Shown here in pieces: positions 55,793-64,000 of a DNA stretch of 64,000 bases (position 1 is the stretch's first letter; the number at the start of each line of letters is the position of its first letter). Both the position numbers and the translations under genes were made by a program. The notes below the pieces were generated by a model. The model made no database searches, was not told where the DNA came from, and saw only the letters and a list, made by a program, of their open reading frames with translations. This DNA is from SAR202 cluster bacterium (GTDB lineage Bacteria; Chloroflexota; Dehalococcoidia; Lucifugimonadales; OSU-TB39): contig VFGY01000024.1 of NCBI GenBank assembly GCA_009392195.1, positions 20,481 through 84,480 on the forward strand. The letters are read 5' to 3'.

Positions 55793-57445
55793 TTAACTAT
55801 CCAAATTTATCAAGTGTAACTTAGGGATAATCATAGGAGTCATTTCAAATCCTTTAACATGAGGTTTCACCAATATATAACTATCTCCAGTAAACCACAA
55901 AGGTAGCCAAGCTGCATCATCCAATATCAATTGCTCAGCTTTGTTATAAAGTGACATTCTATTTATAACGTCTGGTTCTATCCTCGCTTTCTCTAGTAGC
56001 GCATCTACTTCTTTATTAGCATATGCACCATGATTCATGCTGCTTTCTGAATGAAATAATATATCTAGAAAGTCTTGCGGATCCGGATAGTCTGCAGACC
56101 AACCTAAACCTGCGTAGGCTTGAAAAGATTGTTTATCAAGTTCATCTAAATATGTGGCCCATTCAACTTGTTGAATGTCAACCTCAACACCTAACACCTG
56201 CTTCCACATTTCAATGATTACCTCTAAGTCTAATCCTATCGTCCCACCAGTACCTGGAACACTTATTGTTATTCTAGGCCTATTTGATGCATCTGAATAT
56301 TTTGACTCGGCCATTAATGTTTTTGCTAATTCTGGATTATAATCCAAACCAACTACATCTGGACTATACCCTGGAAACCCTTTAGGTAAAATTGAATAGG
56401 CGGGTTTAATCATACCTGACATTACTTCTTTGGCAATTAACTCCTTATCTACAGCATGATTTAATGCTTGTCTAAACTTAGGGTCATCAAAAGGTGCCAT
56501 TGCTCCATTAAAACCTATGTATCCAATTTGAAATGATGGCGGAACTGCCCTTAAATCTTTATTCAACGGTTCTTCAGGATCCAACACTCTGTCCAAATCG
56601 AACATGCTAACTCCAACCACATCAATTTCATCATTTTCGTACATCGCCATTCCCTGGCCACCAGCAAGGTGATTATATACTTTGGCAATTTTGGCAGGTT
56701 CTCGATAATAATCATCGTTTTTAACCAACACAATCCTTTCACCAATTTTATATTCATCTAATTTGAATGGCCCACTCCCCACTGGATTATCTATCCACCA
56801 ATCTCTTCCTCCTGATTGTACGGTTTCTTTATCCAAAACAAATGCTGTAGGATAGGTTAATTTTGCCAAGAAATATGGCTTTGGAGCATCAACTATTATT
56901 TGCAAAGTACGATCATCAATAACTTTAATTCCAGAAATTTCATTTGCTTTACCGTCAATTAAATCCATTGCCCCAACAATATCATTTAAATACACATCAG
57001 CTACCGGAGATGCTGTAGTAGGATCAGCAGCCCTTTCAATTGACCATTTAAAATCTTGAGCAGTAATTTTATTTCCATTATGAAATTTAGCATTATCTCT
57101 TATGGTAAATGTGTATATCGTTCCATTTTCGATAGTCCAGTTCTCAGCTATATCAGGAATTATCTGTAAATCAGTGTTTAATGAAACCAACCCGCTAAAT
57201 ACTTCAACTACAATACCAGCAGAAGTAGTATCAGATGTAAGGTGAGGGTCAAGTGTGGGAGGATCACTCCAAAACCTCCTAAAAACCGCTGTTGATTCTG
57301 AAACTGTGCTCTCACTATTAATTTTTTCAACAGTGTTAATATTTTCAGGAGTTACATCTTCCCCTCCACATCCAAACAAAGCAAATAATCCCACAATAAT
57401 ACCTGATAATAAAAATTTATTAATTCTTTTCATGCTACTACCCAC
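55793..57445 (-). CDS. ABC transporter substrate-binding lipoprotein, family 5 (peptide/oligopeptide-binding)
   Basis: 550 aa with lipobox LFGC and an SBP_bac_5 pattern across the whole length. It lies upstream of the two permeases. Confidence 0.9.
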   Translation of the reverse strand: MGSSMKRINKFLLSGIIVGLFALFGCGGEDVTPENINTVEKINSESTVSESTAVFRRFWSDPPTLDPHLTSDTTSAGIVVEVFSGLVSLNTDLQIIPDIAENWTIENGTIYTFTIRDNAKFHNGNKITAQDFKWSIERAADPTTASPVADVYLNDIVGAMDLIDGKANEISGIKVIDDRTLQIIVDAPKPYFLAKLTYPTAFVLDKETVQSGGRDWWIDNPVGSGPFKLDEYKIGERIVLVKNDDYYREPAKIAKVYNHLAGGQGMAMYENDEIDVVGVSMFDLDRVLDPEEPLNKDLRAVPPSFQIGYIGFNGAMAPFDDPKFRQALNHAVDKELIAKEVMSGMIKPAYSILPKGFPGYSPDVVGLDYNPELAKTLMAESKYSDASNRPRITISVPGTGGTIGLDLEVIIEMWKQVLGVEVDIQQVEWATYLDELDKQSFQAYAGLGWSADYPDPQDFLDILFHSESSMNHGAYANKEVDALLEKARIEPDVINRMSLYNKAEQLILDDAAWLPLWFTGDSYILVKPHVKGFEMTPMIIPKLHLINLDS

Positions 57446-57525
57446 CTTTAAGCCAATTATATGTCCTTTTATTTATTAACGATTATAATCGAATAAAGTT
57501 ATCTGTTTTTCTAATCTATTATTTA

Positions 57526-58618
57526 TTAATTTAATCCTGCTTTCAAATAAGAATTTATAAATCCATTAATATCACCATCTAAAACCTTGTTCGAATCTGA
57601 CATCTCGAAATTGGTTCTATGGTCTTTAACCATTTGATATGGATGAAGTACATAGCTTCTAATTTGATTACCCCATTCCGCAGAAACATGTTCGCCCTTT
57701 ATCTTTGACCTCTGTTCAGCTTGCATTTTCATTTCTCTTTCCATTAATCGCGACAATAAAATTTTTGTGGCTATTTCTTTGTTTTGGTGTAAAGATCGTT
57801 CATTTTGGCAAACAGCTTTAATACCAGTCGGCATATGAGTCATTCTAACTGCAGTAGAGTTTTTTTGCACACTTTGGCCACCATGTCCTCCCGCTCGAAA
57901 TACATCTACTCTAACTTCGCTCGGGTCTAGTTCAATATCCGCTCCCATTTCAACTTCAGGCATTACTTCAACTAATGCAAATGAAGTATGCCTAGCGTGG
58001 TCAGCATCAAATGGAGACATTCGAACAAGCCTATGTACTCCACGTTCTGACCTCATATATCCATATGAAAAATCTCCTGAAATTTGTAAATAGGCACTTT
58101 TTATACCAGCCTCTTCACCTGGCGATACGTCCATAACTTTATTTGTAAATTTCTTTTGATCAGCCCATCTAATGTACATTCTGAGTAACATTGAAGCCCA
58201 ATCTTGTGCTTCAACTCCTCCAGAACCCGCATGTATTGCTATCAGAGCATTCCTTCTATCATATTCCCCTGAAAACATAGCGGTAAATTCAATTTTATTA
58301 ACTTTAACGGTCAAAGTTTGCAATTCTGAATCTAAATCTACTATTAGAGATTGGTCATCTTCCTGCACAGCCAATTCATAAAATTCCATAATCGAACCAG
58401 CTTGTTTTTGTAAGTTTTCCAAGTTAACAACGTCATCCCTTAACATCGTCAACCGTTTCATTTTTTGACCTGCAACTTGGGAATTCAACCAAAACGATTC
58501 ATCAGAAGATTGTTGTTCAAGTTGAATTATTTCTTTCTTTTTAGACTCTACGTCAAAGACGCACCATTAGGTTTGATATTTTATCAAAAAGCTGTTCGAC
58601 TCCTTCTTTTATATCCAT
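57526..58618 (-). CDS. prfB: peptide chain release factor 2, expressed through a programmed +1 ribosomal frameshift
   Basis: ORF0 (ATG 58618, 21 codons) ends at an in-frame TGA inside CTT TGA C. The +1 frame continues into ORF 57526..58488, which carries RF2 motifs (SPF in RMSPFDA, GGQ in GGHGGQSVQK). The conceptual product is about 363 aa. Confidence 0.93.
58552..58558 (-). promoter_or_regulatory. RF2 +1 frameshift heptamer CTT TGA C
   Basis: The minus-strand sequence is CGT CTT TGA CGT. The TGA at 58555..58553 is in frame with the ATG at 58618. GAC at 58554..58552 is in frame with the main ORF. Confidence 0.9.
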
Positions 58619-58728
58619 AAGAAATCACGTTCTCCAATCTATTAAAACTATGCAAAAAAAATCATTACATAAATAATATTATATCAATACAATTCCCTAA
58701 CTAAAATCACTTGGTAGGTATGATGAAA

Positions 58729-60567
58729 TTATTTTATTCTGATTGGTAATTTCACGTGAGATTGATAATTGGATGAATGATAGATAGTTTGATTGGCTAT
58801 TTCTAATGTCCTGTCTGTACCTAAATCTTTTCCTGTATTACGATTAACATCAAACCTAGGCCAATTACTGCTACTGATATCTAATCTTATTTTATGCGAT
58901 TTAGTAAATATGACCGATGTAGGGTACATTTCAAACACTATTTCAACAATTTCACCCGAATTCATAAATTCTGCTTTATCCCAACCATTACGATAACGAG
59001 CCCTAATAATAGAGTCAGAAATGTTTATCGCTAAACCTTCAGGATAATCTGAAGATCTAGGGAAAACATCTATTAATTTAGCTGTGAAATCCGTATCTTT
59101 TCCAGAAGTAGATACCCATAAATGTACAAATATAGGTCCTGTCAGTTCGATATTATTCTCCAATTCACTTGTCTGAAAACTTAATACATCTCCTCTCATA
59201 ATAAGAGGTTGGTTATCAATACAGCCTACCAATCCTTTTCTACCTATTTGATTGAATCCTCCAGGAGGCATTACATTATCCGCTGCAGAGATACCTCCTC
59301 CTATTGTTGGAACTGGATCACTCGGATCATAGGCGTATTCAGTACTTCCTTCACCTTCATAAATATTTGAGGTATTCAGAATTAAATTATCATGCAAATA
59401 ATAATTTGTCATAACAGTATCTGAAATAGGCCATTCTTTTTCGTTCCTCCAATATCCTCCATAGTCGATCCTATTTGAACCATTGGCTCTTTCCTTTAAA
59501 TGGGATCCTGTACCCATAGTGAAGATCCGCACAGGTGACCAGTTCATCACCTCACTTTCCATTCCTTTTAACCAATAATCAAACCAAGCTAACCTCATTT
59601 CATTATGGTCAACTACAGATTCGGGTCCAAAATCTAATTCTCCTGAAAAACTTTCGCTATATTTCCCATGAGTCCAAGGACCCATAAGTAAATACTGTGG
59701 AGATTTTTTGATTTTGTTTAATTTAATAAAACTTTCACAAGTATTTCTTGCATAGGAATCATACCAACCACCCCAGTAAAGGGTTGGGATATCTGCATGT
59801 TCATCGTAATATTCTGATATTGCATAACCTCTTTGTTTCCAATAATCATCGTATTCACCGTGGGTTGCTATATCAACAACCCATTGTTCATATGATGGCA
59901 ATTCTTTCAAAATAGTACTCCCTTTCTTTATCGGAAAATGTTTTACAATTTCATGCATATTATTTTCATAATCATTTTTCAAAGATTCGTATAAAGATGT
60001 ATCTCTAAGCGCCTCCTTAGAAGTCATTGCCATTCTATAAATATAAACAAGAAATCTTTGTTCCAACGCACCATTCTGTCTCATAGAGCTATGGAAATAA
60101 TTGGAAGCTCCAACCGCAACAACCATGGATGACAAATGACTTGGGTTTAATGTAGCAAGCGCAGCTTGGTCACTACCACAATAAGAACCACCGATCGTAC
60201 CAACTTTACCGTTACTCCATTTTTGACTTCCTAGCCATTCCACGGTTTCAAAACCATCAGGTGCCTCTTTTGCAAATGGATACCACTCTCCTTCGGATTC
60301 ATACCTGCCTCGAACATCTTGAAAAGCAACGATATAACCTCGCCTTGCAAAATATTTCCCATTTAAAACCGTGTTCGGCAATGATTTGTTGTACGGTGTA
60401 CGTTCCAGTATTATTGGAAACTTACCTTCTATTACTTTTGAATCAATAGCCGGAAAGTAAATATCTGTTGCCATGTTACACCCATCAGACATTTTAATTT
60501 GTATATTTTTTTCACATATAACATCATATTGTTGATGAGACCCTTGATAATGAATTTGCGGTTGCAT
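58729..60567 (-). CDS. CocE/NonD-family hydrolase (S15 X-Pro dipeptidyl-peptidase-like alpha/beta hydrolase)
   Basis: 612 aa. The N-terminus is typical of the family (MSDGCNMATDIYFPA, ILERTPYNK). The nucleophile elbow is GGSYCG. It has a C-terminal jelly-roll domain. Confidence 0.88.
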   Translation of the reverse strand: MQPQIHYQGSHQQYDVICEKNIQIKMSDGCNMATDIYFPAIDSKVIEGKFPIILERTPYNKSLPNTVLNGKYFARRGYIVAFQDVRGRYESEGEWYPFAKEAPDGFETVEWLGSQKWSNGKVGTIGGSYCGSDQAALATLNPSHLSSMVVAVGASNYFHSSMRQNGALEQRFLVYIYRMAMTSKEALRDTSLYESLKNDYENNMHEIVKHFPIKKGSTILKELPSYEQWVVDIATHGEYDDYWKQRGYAISEYYDEHADIPTLYWGGWYDSYARNTCESFIKLNKIKKSPQYLLMGPWTHGKYSESFSGELDFGPESVVDHNEMRLAWFDYWLKGMESEVMNWSPVRIFTMGTGSHLKERANGSNRIDYGGYWRNEKEWPISDTVMTNYYLHDNLILNTSNIYEGEGSTEYAYDPSDPVPTIGGGISAADNVMPPGGFNQIGRKGLVGCIDNQPLIMRGDVLSFQTSELENNIELTGPIFVHLWVSTSGKDTDFTAKLIDVFPRSSDYPEGLAINISDSIIRARYRNGWDKAEFMNSGEIVEIVFEMYPTSVIFTKSHKIRLDISSSNWPRFDVNRNTGKDLGTDRTLEIANQTIYHSSNYQSHVKLPIRIK

Positions 60568-60601
60568 ACCTTGAACTCCATTAATTTTTCAATAATTGTA
60601 A

Positions 60602-62953
60602 TTAGTTCGGTGATATAATTTGTTTGACTTTAGATGTTAACTTTATATCTTCCCATCTGTATTGCATGTCTATCATCTTATTTTTCGCCCATATCGGGTT
60701 TTGATCCAAATAATGAGAACTCAACTGGTTACCAGAACTTCCCAATGGAGTAATCCATTTGGAATTATCCCAATCAGACAAATCAAAAATATATCTTGCA
60801 ACCGAGGACCCAGTAACTGTAAAAGGTCCAGACAAAGCATATGAGGACGAATGAGGAGTATCACCATCTCCACTCATTGCCACAGATAAAGGGTTTAAAA
60901 GCCATTTTAAATTTGGATACTGGTCTGAAAGTTCATGTGTATGAGATGTCCTATGTATACGTGACCAATACCAAGAATCCATATCTACACCCATTAGCCC
61001 AATCAGGTATTCTAAACCTTGTGAAAAAGAACGTAGGATAATATCGTCCATTGTATCTAAACAAATTAAGTGTTTTAATTCATTCCCTTTCCTGTTCTTA
61101 ATTATCCAATCAGTTAAAAGTCTCATATGAAAAGGAGCTCCTCTGCCATTTGAATCTAGTGCTTCCTCGGATAATTCTCCGAAAAGAAATTCAACTATAT
61201 TCACATTAAATTTCAACCGGAATGCACTGTAAATTGAAGCACCTATTGAATCTCCGGACATTAATCCATTCCAAGTTGAAATAATTCGCTTTGCTTTAAT
61301 CAAAAATTCGTCAGTTGTTTGAATCTTATTTATCATATCAATACAATCCAAAGATGGTATCGAAAGGATATCATCATGAATATCAGACATATCCTCTATT
61401 GAAGCATTGCTTAATGCTTCAATCTTCTTTACGATTCGATTTATTCTGTGATCAGAGCTAAAAAATAACCCAACGTAAAACGGAAAATCTTTTCCGACTA
61501 TTCTATTGTTTGCTGTAGCTATATAACCTTCTATTGGATTGCGTTTTCTAGGCAATTTATCAAAAGGTATGTACCCATTCCAATCAAATTCATCTGTCCA
61601 ACCTGGAACAGGAACCCAGGCATTATCTATCTTTCTAGTCGGCATCTTGCCTCTCATTAAATATCCAATATCACCATTAACGTCTGCAAACAAGAAATTT
61701 TGACATGGAGACACCCAATCATCCATTGACTCATCTAATTCATTTATATTGTTTGAATAAAGCATTTTTTGAATAGACTGCAATGTTTTATTTTCACCAG
61801 AAAGTCCTGAATATTTAAAAGAAAACGCTTGTCCATTTTCAATATCATCAAAGATAATTGGACCATTTACCGTTTTGGCCATTTTTATATAAACAGGCGA
61901 ACCATTTTTAACTTTCAATTCTTCTTCTTTAATCTCCAAATCAAACCATTTACCTTCAAATTCGTACTCATATCTATCTAGATTTTCATTTGGTTTAATC
62001 TTCTCTAAATAAATATCTTGATAATCTGCTTGAGCATGCGTGACGCACCAAGCAACAGTTTTATTATGACCGAAGTGAGGGAAACCAGGACAACCAGGAA
62101 AAGACAATCCTATTACGTCAAATTGGCCACATGCTACATGATTTTGATAATAAACATTTGGAGTATCTAAGCCTCTATGAGGATCACCAGCAAGTAAAGG
62201 TTTTCCGGAACTAGTTTTTTTGCCAGCCAACACCCAATTATTGCTACCTGAATCTAATTCATCGGACCATGCAGCTATATTTTTACTTGCTTGGTGTAAA
62301 ATTTCAGACTTATTACAATTGATATATCCATCACCAGTTGATTCAATGATATGTCGATTTCCTAGTCCATACTCAGGAAACAAAGAGTTAGTTTTCTCGA
62401 AACCTAAAATCTCTAACAGCCTTGCGCGCCATAGTTTTGATTCAAATGAACCCATCATAATGTGTCTCCCCTTAAAGACAGCTAAACTATCCCAAGGATT
62501 CCATGAATCTGGTTCTTCTCCAATGATTTGATATTCAATAGGAAGTACTTCGCATTTTGCAATTAAAGCATTAACCCCGTTGGCATAACTATCAAGCATC
62601 AATTTAGTTTGAATGTTCAGATTTGAATATTCTTTTCTTACGGTTTCTTGGATCCTAAATTTACGCATTAAGGTGTCTTTATCAATAGATTGAACACCTA
62701 GGTACTCTGCAGATTTGCCATATGCACTTTTGCGGTCGAGGTCCATGTGCCACAATCTATCCTGCGCTGTGACAAATCCTTGGCCCCAAAAAGCATCATT
62801 GGTTGTTTTAGCTAAAACGTGGGGAATACCATAAACATCTCTATATATACTAAGAGAATCATCTAATCCCTTAATACTAAAATTATTAAAAGTGTTTCTT
62901 AACGAACATTCAGTTCCGCGTAAATCAATATCCATCAGCTCACTATACATCAA
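60602..62953 (-). CDS. penicillin acylase / S45-family Ntn-hydrolase, without a recognisable signal peptide
   Basis: 783 aa. The alpha-chain blocks are IYRDVYGIPHV and GFVTAQDRLWHMD. The autoprocessing site and nucleophile are GSNNWVLAG, followed by PLLAGDPH. The N-terminus (MMYSELMDIDLRGTE) is not hydrophobic. Confidence 0.9.
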   Translation of the reverse strand: MMYSELMDIDLRGTECSLRNTFNNFSIKGLDDSLSIYRDVYGIPHVLAKTTNDAFWGQGFVTAQDRLWHMDLDRKSAYGKSAEYLGVQSIDKDTLMRKFRIQETVRKEYSNLNIQTKLMLDSYANGVNALIAKCEVLPIEYQIIGEEPDSWNPWDSLAVFKGRHIMMGSFESKLWRARLLEILGFEKTNSLFPEYGLGNRHIIESTGDGYINCNKSEILHQASKNIAAWSDELDSGSNNWVLAGKKTSSGKPLLAGDPHRGLDTPNVYYQNHVACGQFDVIGLSFPGCPGFPHFGHNKTVAWCVTHAQADYQDIYLEKIKPNENLDRYEYEFEGKWFDLEIKEEELKVKNGSPVYIKMAKTVNGPIIFDDIENGQAFSFKYSGLSGENKTLQSIQKMLYSNNINELDESMDDWVSPCQNFLFADVNGDIGYLMRGKMPTRKIDNAWVPVPGWTDEFDWNGYIPFDKLPRKRNPIEGYIATANNRIVGKDFPFYVGLFFSSDHRINRIVKKIEALSNASIEDMSDIHDDILSIPSLDCIDMINKIQTTDEFLIKAKRIISTWNGLMSGDSIGASIYSAFRLKFNVNIVEFLFGELSEEALDSNGRGAPFHMRLLTDWIIKNRKGNELKHLICLDTMDDIILRSFSQGLEYLIGLMGVDMDSWYWSRIHRTSHTHELSDQYPNLKWLLNPLSVAMSGDGDTPHSSSYALSGPFTVTGSSVARYIFDLSDWDNSKWITPLGSSGNQLSSHYLDQNPIWAKNKMIDMQYRWEDIKLTSKVKQIISPN

Positions 62954-63008
62954 ATATCATACAGGTTTCATTAATAACCTGCTCATCAATAGTATGAATG
63001 ATAGAGTA

Positions 63009-63176
63009 TTAACGCATCGATACTGACTGTGTTTCGATAACATTAACTTGATTATCAACTTGGCTATAAGAGTATTTTGTATCTTCTTGACGTCCACTCG
63101 CCCAAATACCGATAACCACTATGGTCACAATTATTATGACAAAACCGATCAAAAACTTTTTGATAAATGGATCCAT
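63009..63176 (-). CDS. candidate 55-aa single-TM micro-protein upstream of the acylase gene (not in the ORF track)
   Basis: The ATG at 63176 is preceded by AAAGGGGA (SD) at about 8 nt. It translates to MDPFIKKFLIGFVIIIVTIVVIGIWASGRQEDTKYSYSQVDNQVNVIETQSVSMR. The stop lies 55 nt before the acylase start. Confidence 0.4.
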   Translation of the reverse strand: MDPFIKKFLIGFVIIIVTIVVIGIWASGRQEDTKYSYSQVDNQVNVIETQSVSMR

Positions 63177-63277
63177 ATTACTAATCCCCTTTTAGAGTCA
63201 AACTTAACTTAAAATAAAATGAAGTATAAAAATTTAGATTAATGCAAGTCAATAGTTCATATAGACTATAAAGAATA

Positions 63278-64000
63278 TTACAAATTATTTTTCCAAAATA
63301 GTTTGTGTGCTGTACCTCCTATAATATTAGAGAGGTCGCTATGGTTTTGAAAAACAGGTGAACCCATAATTTCTTTAAATGAGTTAGTATATCCCTCTCT
63401 GCTACTAACGGGAGGATAGTCGCTTCCCCACATCATTCTTTCCGACCCAAAATTGGTTAAAGTAACTTCCAGTAATTGTTCCGATTTATTTTCAAATGCG
63501 GATTTTCTAAATAAAATATGTGGTTTATTATTTATTTCTCCCAAGCCAGGTATTTTTATATATATATTTTTGTAACCTGAAAATCGTCCTACTGTCTCAT
63601 AATATTCCTTTTGATAATCAGGATTATGACCAATACCTGCAAGATGTTCCATGACAATGCTTAGACTAGGATTTTTTTCCACAATCTCAATAAACTTACT
63701 GCTATTAAATTGAGGCCATTCACCCAAACAACTTATTGGCAAACCTAATTCAGATATCATCCCCAAGACTGAAAGATATTCAGGCTTTACAATATTTACA
63801 GCTGAAATACGTACTCCATCAAACTTATCAAGTTCTAATCGCAAAGAGTGATCATTTTCATAAAATAAATCATCTAAATCAAAAACACCAACAACAGCAA
63901 ACCTATCAGGGAAATTTTTTTTACATTCGAGCAAATAATTGTTGTTCTCATAAGCACCCATGTGTCCAATCAACACAGCTTTGTTGATTTGATTTTCTTC
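63278..64000 (-). CDS. amidohydrolase-2 (TIM-barrel metal-dependent hydrolase) family protein, N-terminus beyond the window
   Basis: The reading frame is open to nt 64000 (EENQINKAVLIGHMGAY...). The C-terminal blocks MEHLAG, MWGSDYPP and TAHKLFW are typical of Amidohydro_2 enzymes. The track ORF start at 63976 is probably internal. Confidence 0.8.
   Translation of the reverse strand, partial: EENQINKAVLIGHMGAYENNNYLLECKKNFPDRFAVVGVFDLDDLFYENDHSLRLELDKFDGVRISAVNIVKPEYLSVLGMISELGLPISCLGEWPQFNSSKFIEIVEKNPSLSIVMEHLAGIGHNPDYQKEYYETVGRFSGYKNIYIKIPGLGEINNKPHILFRKSAFENKSEQLLEVTLTNFGSERMMWGSDYPPVSSREGYTNSFKEIMGSPVFQNHSDLSNIIGGTAHKLFWKNNL

Noticed and set aside
1-64000. Search for defence systems, toxin-antitoxin pairs, prophage or transposon remnants, CRISPR and rRNA
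   Set aside because: I recognised no nuclease, helicase, methylase or reverse-transcriptase modules, no repeat-spacer arrays, no IS-like inverted repeats and no rRNA-like sequence. Apart from the hypothetical proteins and micro-ORFs flagged above, the CDSs have housekeeping or metabolic family signatures.

Overview
AT-rich, very gene-dense bacterial chromosomal segment with short intergenic gaps and several stop/start overlaps such as ATGA and TAATG. I count about 60 protein genes, 2 tRNA-Arg genes and 1 TPP riboswitch. I see no rRNA, CRISPR array, transposase, integrase, phage gene or recognisable defence gene. Left to right: 3' end of rplT; a complete co-directional caa3-type cytochrome oxidase cluster ctaA-B-C-D-E-F-G (minus strand); rhodanese; an activated-methyl-cycle block (PfkB kinase, ahcY, metK); PGM/PMM; polA; a Gre factor with a long N-terminal extension; a CPA2 antiporter; a YdiJ-like FAD/Fe-S oxidoreductase; bioY; a single-domain (core) MetE; an RraA-like protein; ilvD; rsmG; TPP riboswitch plus thiBPQ; an ornithine cyclodeaminase-family protein; purN; an MFS transporter; an M24 peptidase; CoA-transferase A/B; MocA-like plus XdhC-like maturation genes; pntAA-pntAB-pntB; tRNA-Arg(CCU); a 2-hydroxyacid dehydrogenase; tRNA-Arg(CCG); a compositionally distinct collagen-like lipoprotein gene with a consensus promoter and strong terminator; corC; glmU; a second 2-hydroxyacid dehydrogenase; ino1, a pimA-like gene and a PI-phosphate-synthase-like gene, followed by a two-domain thioredoxin-fold protein and a gluzincin peptidase; a peptide ABC importer without ATPase genes; prfB with its programmed +1 frameshift; a CocE/NonD hydrolase; a signal-less penicillin-acylase-family protein; and an amidohydrolase that runs off the window. 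The Bacillus-style cta cluster and the Ino1/PimA/PgsA1-like genes suggest a Gram-positive-type or Actinomycetota/Chloroflexota-like streamlined marine lineage, but that is inference only. I do not see a convincing, entirely new multi-gene system such as a defence island or mobile element. The most unusual items are the lipid-anchored collagen-like protein, the inositol-lipid/envelope operon, the N-terminally extended Gre factor, three unannotated micro-ORFs below the ORF-track cutoff, and a cytoplasmic penicillin-acylase-like enzyme in an amide-hydrolase neighbourhood.
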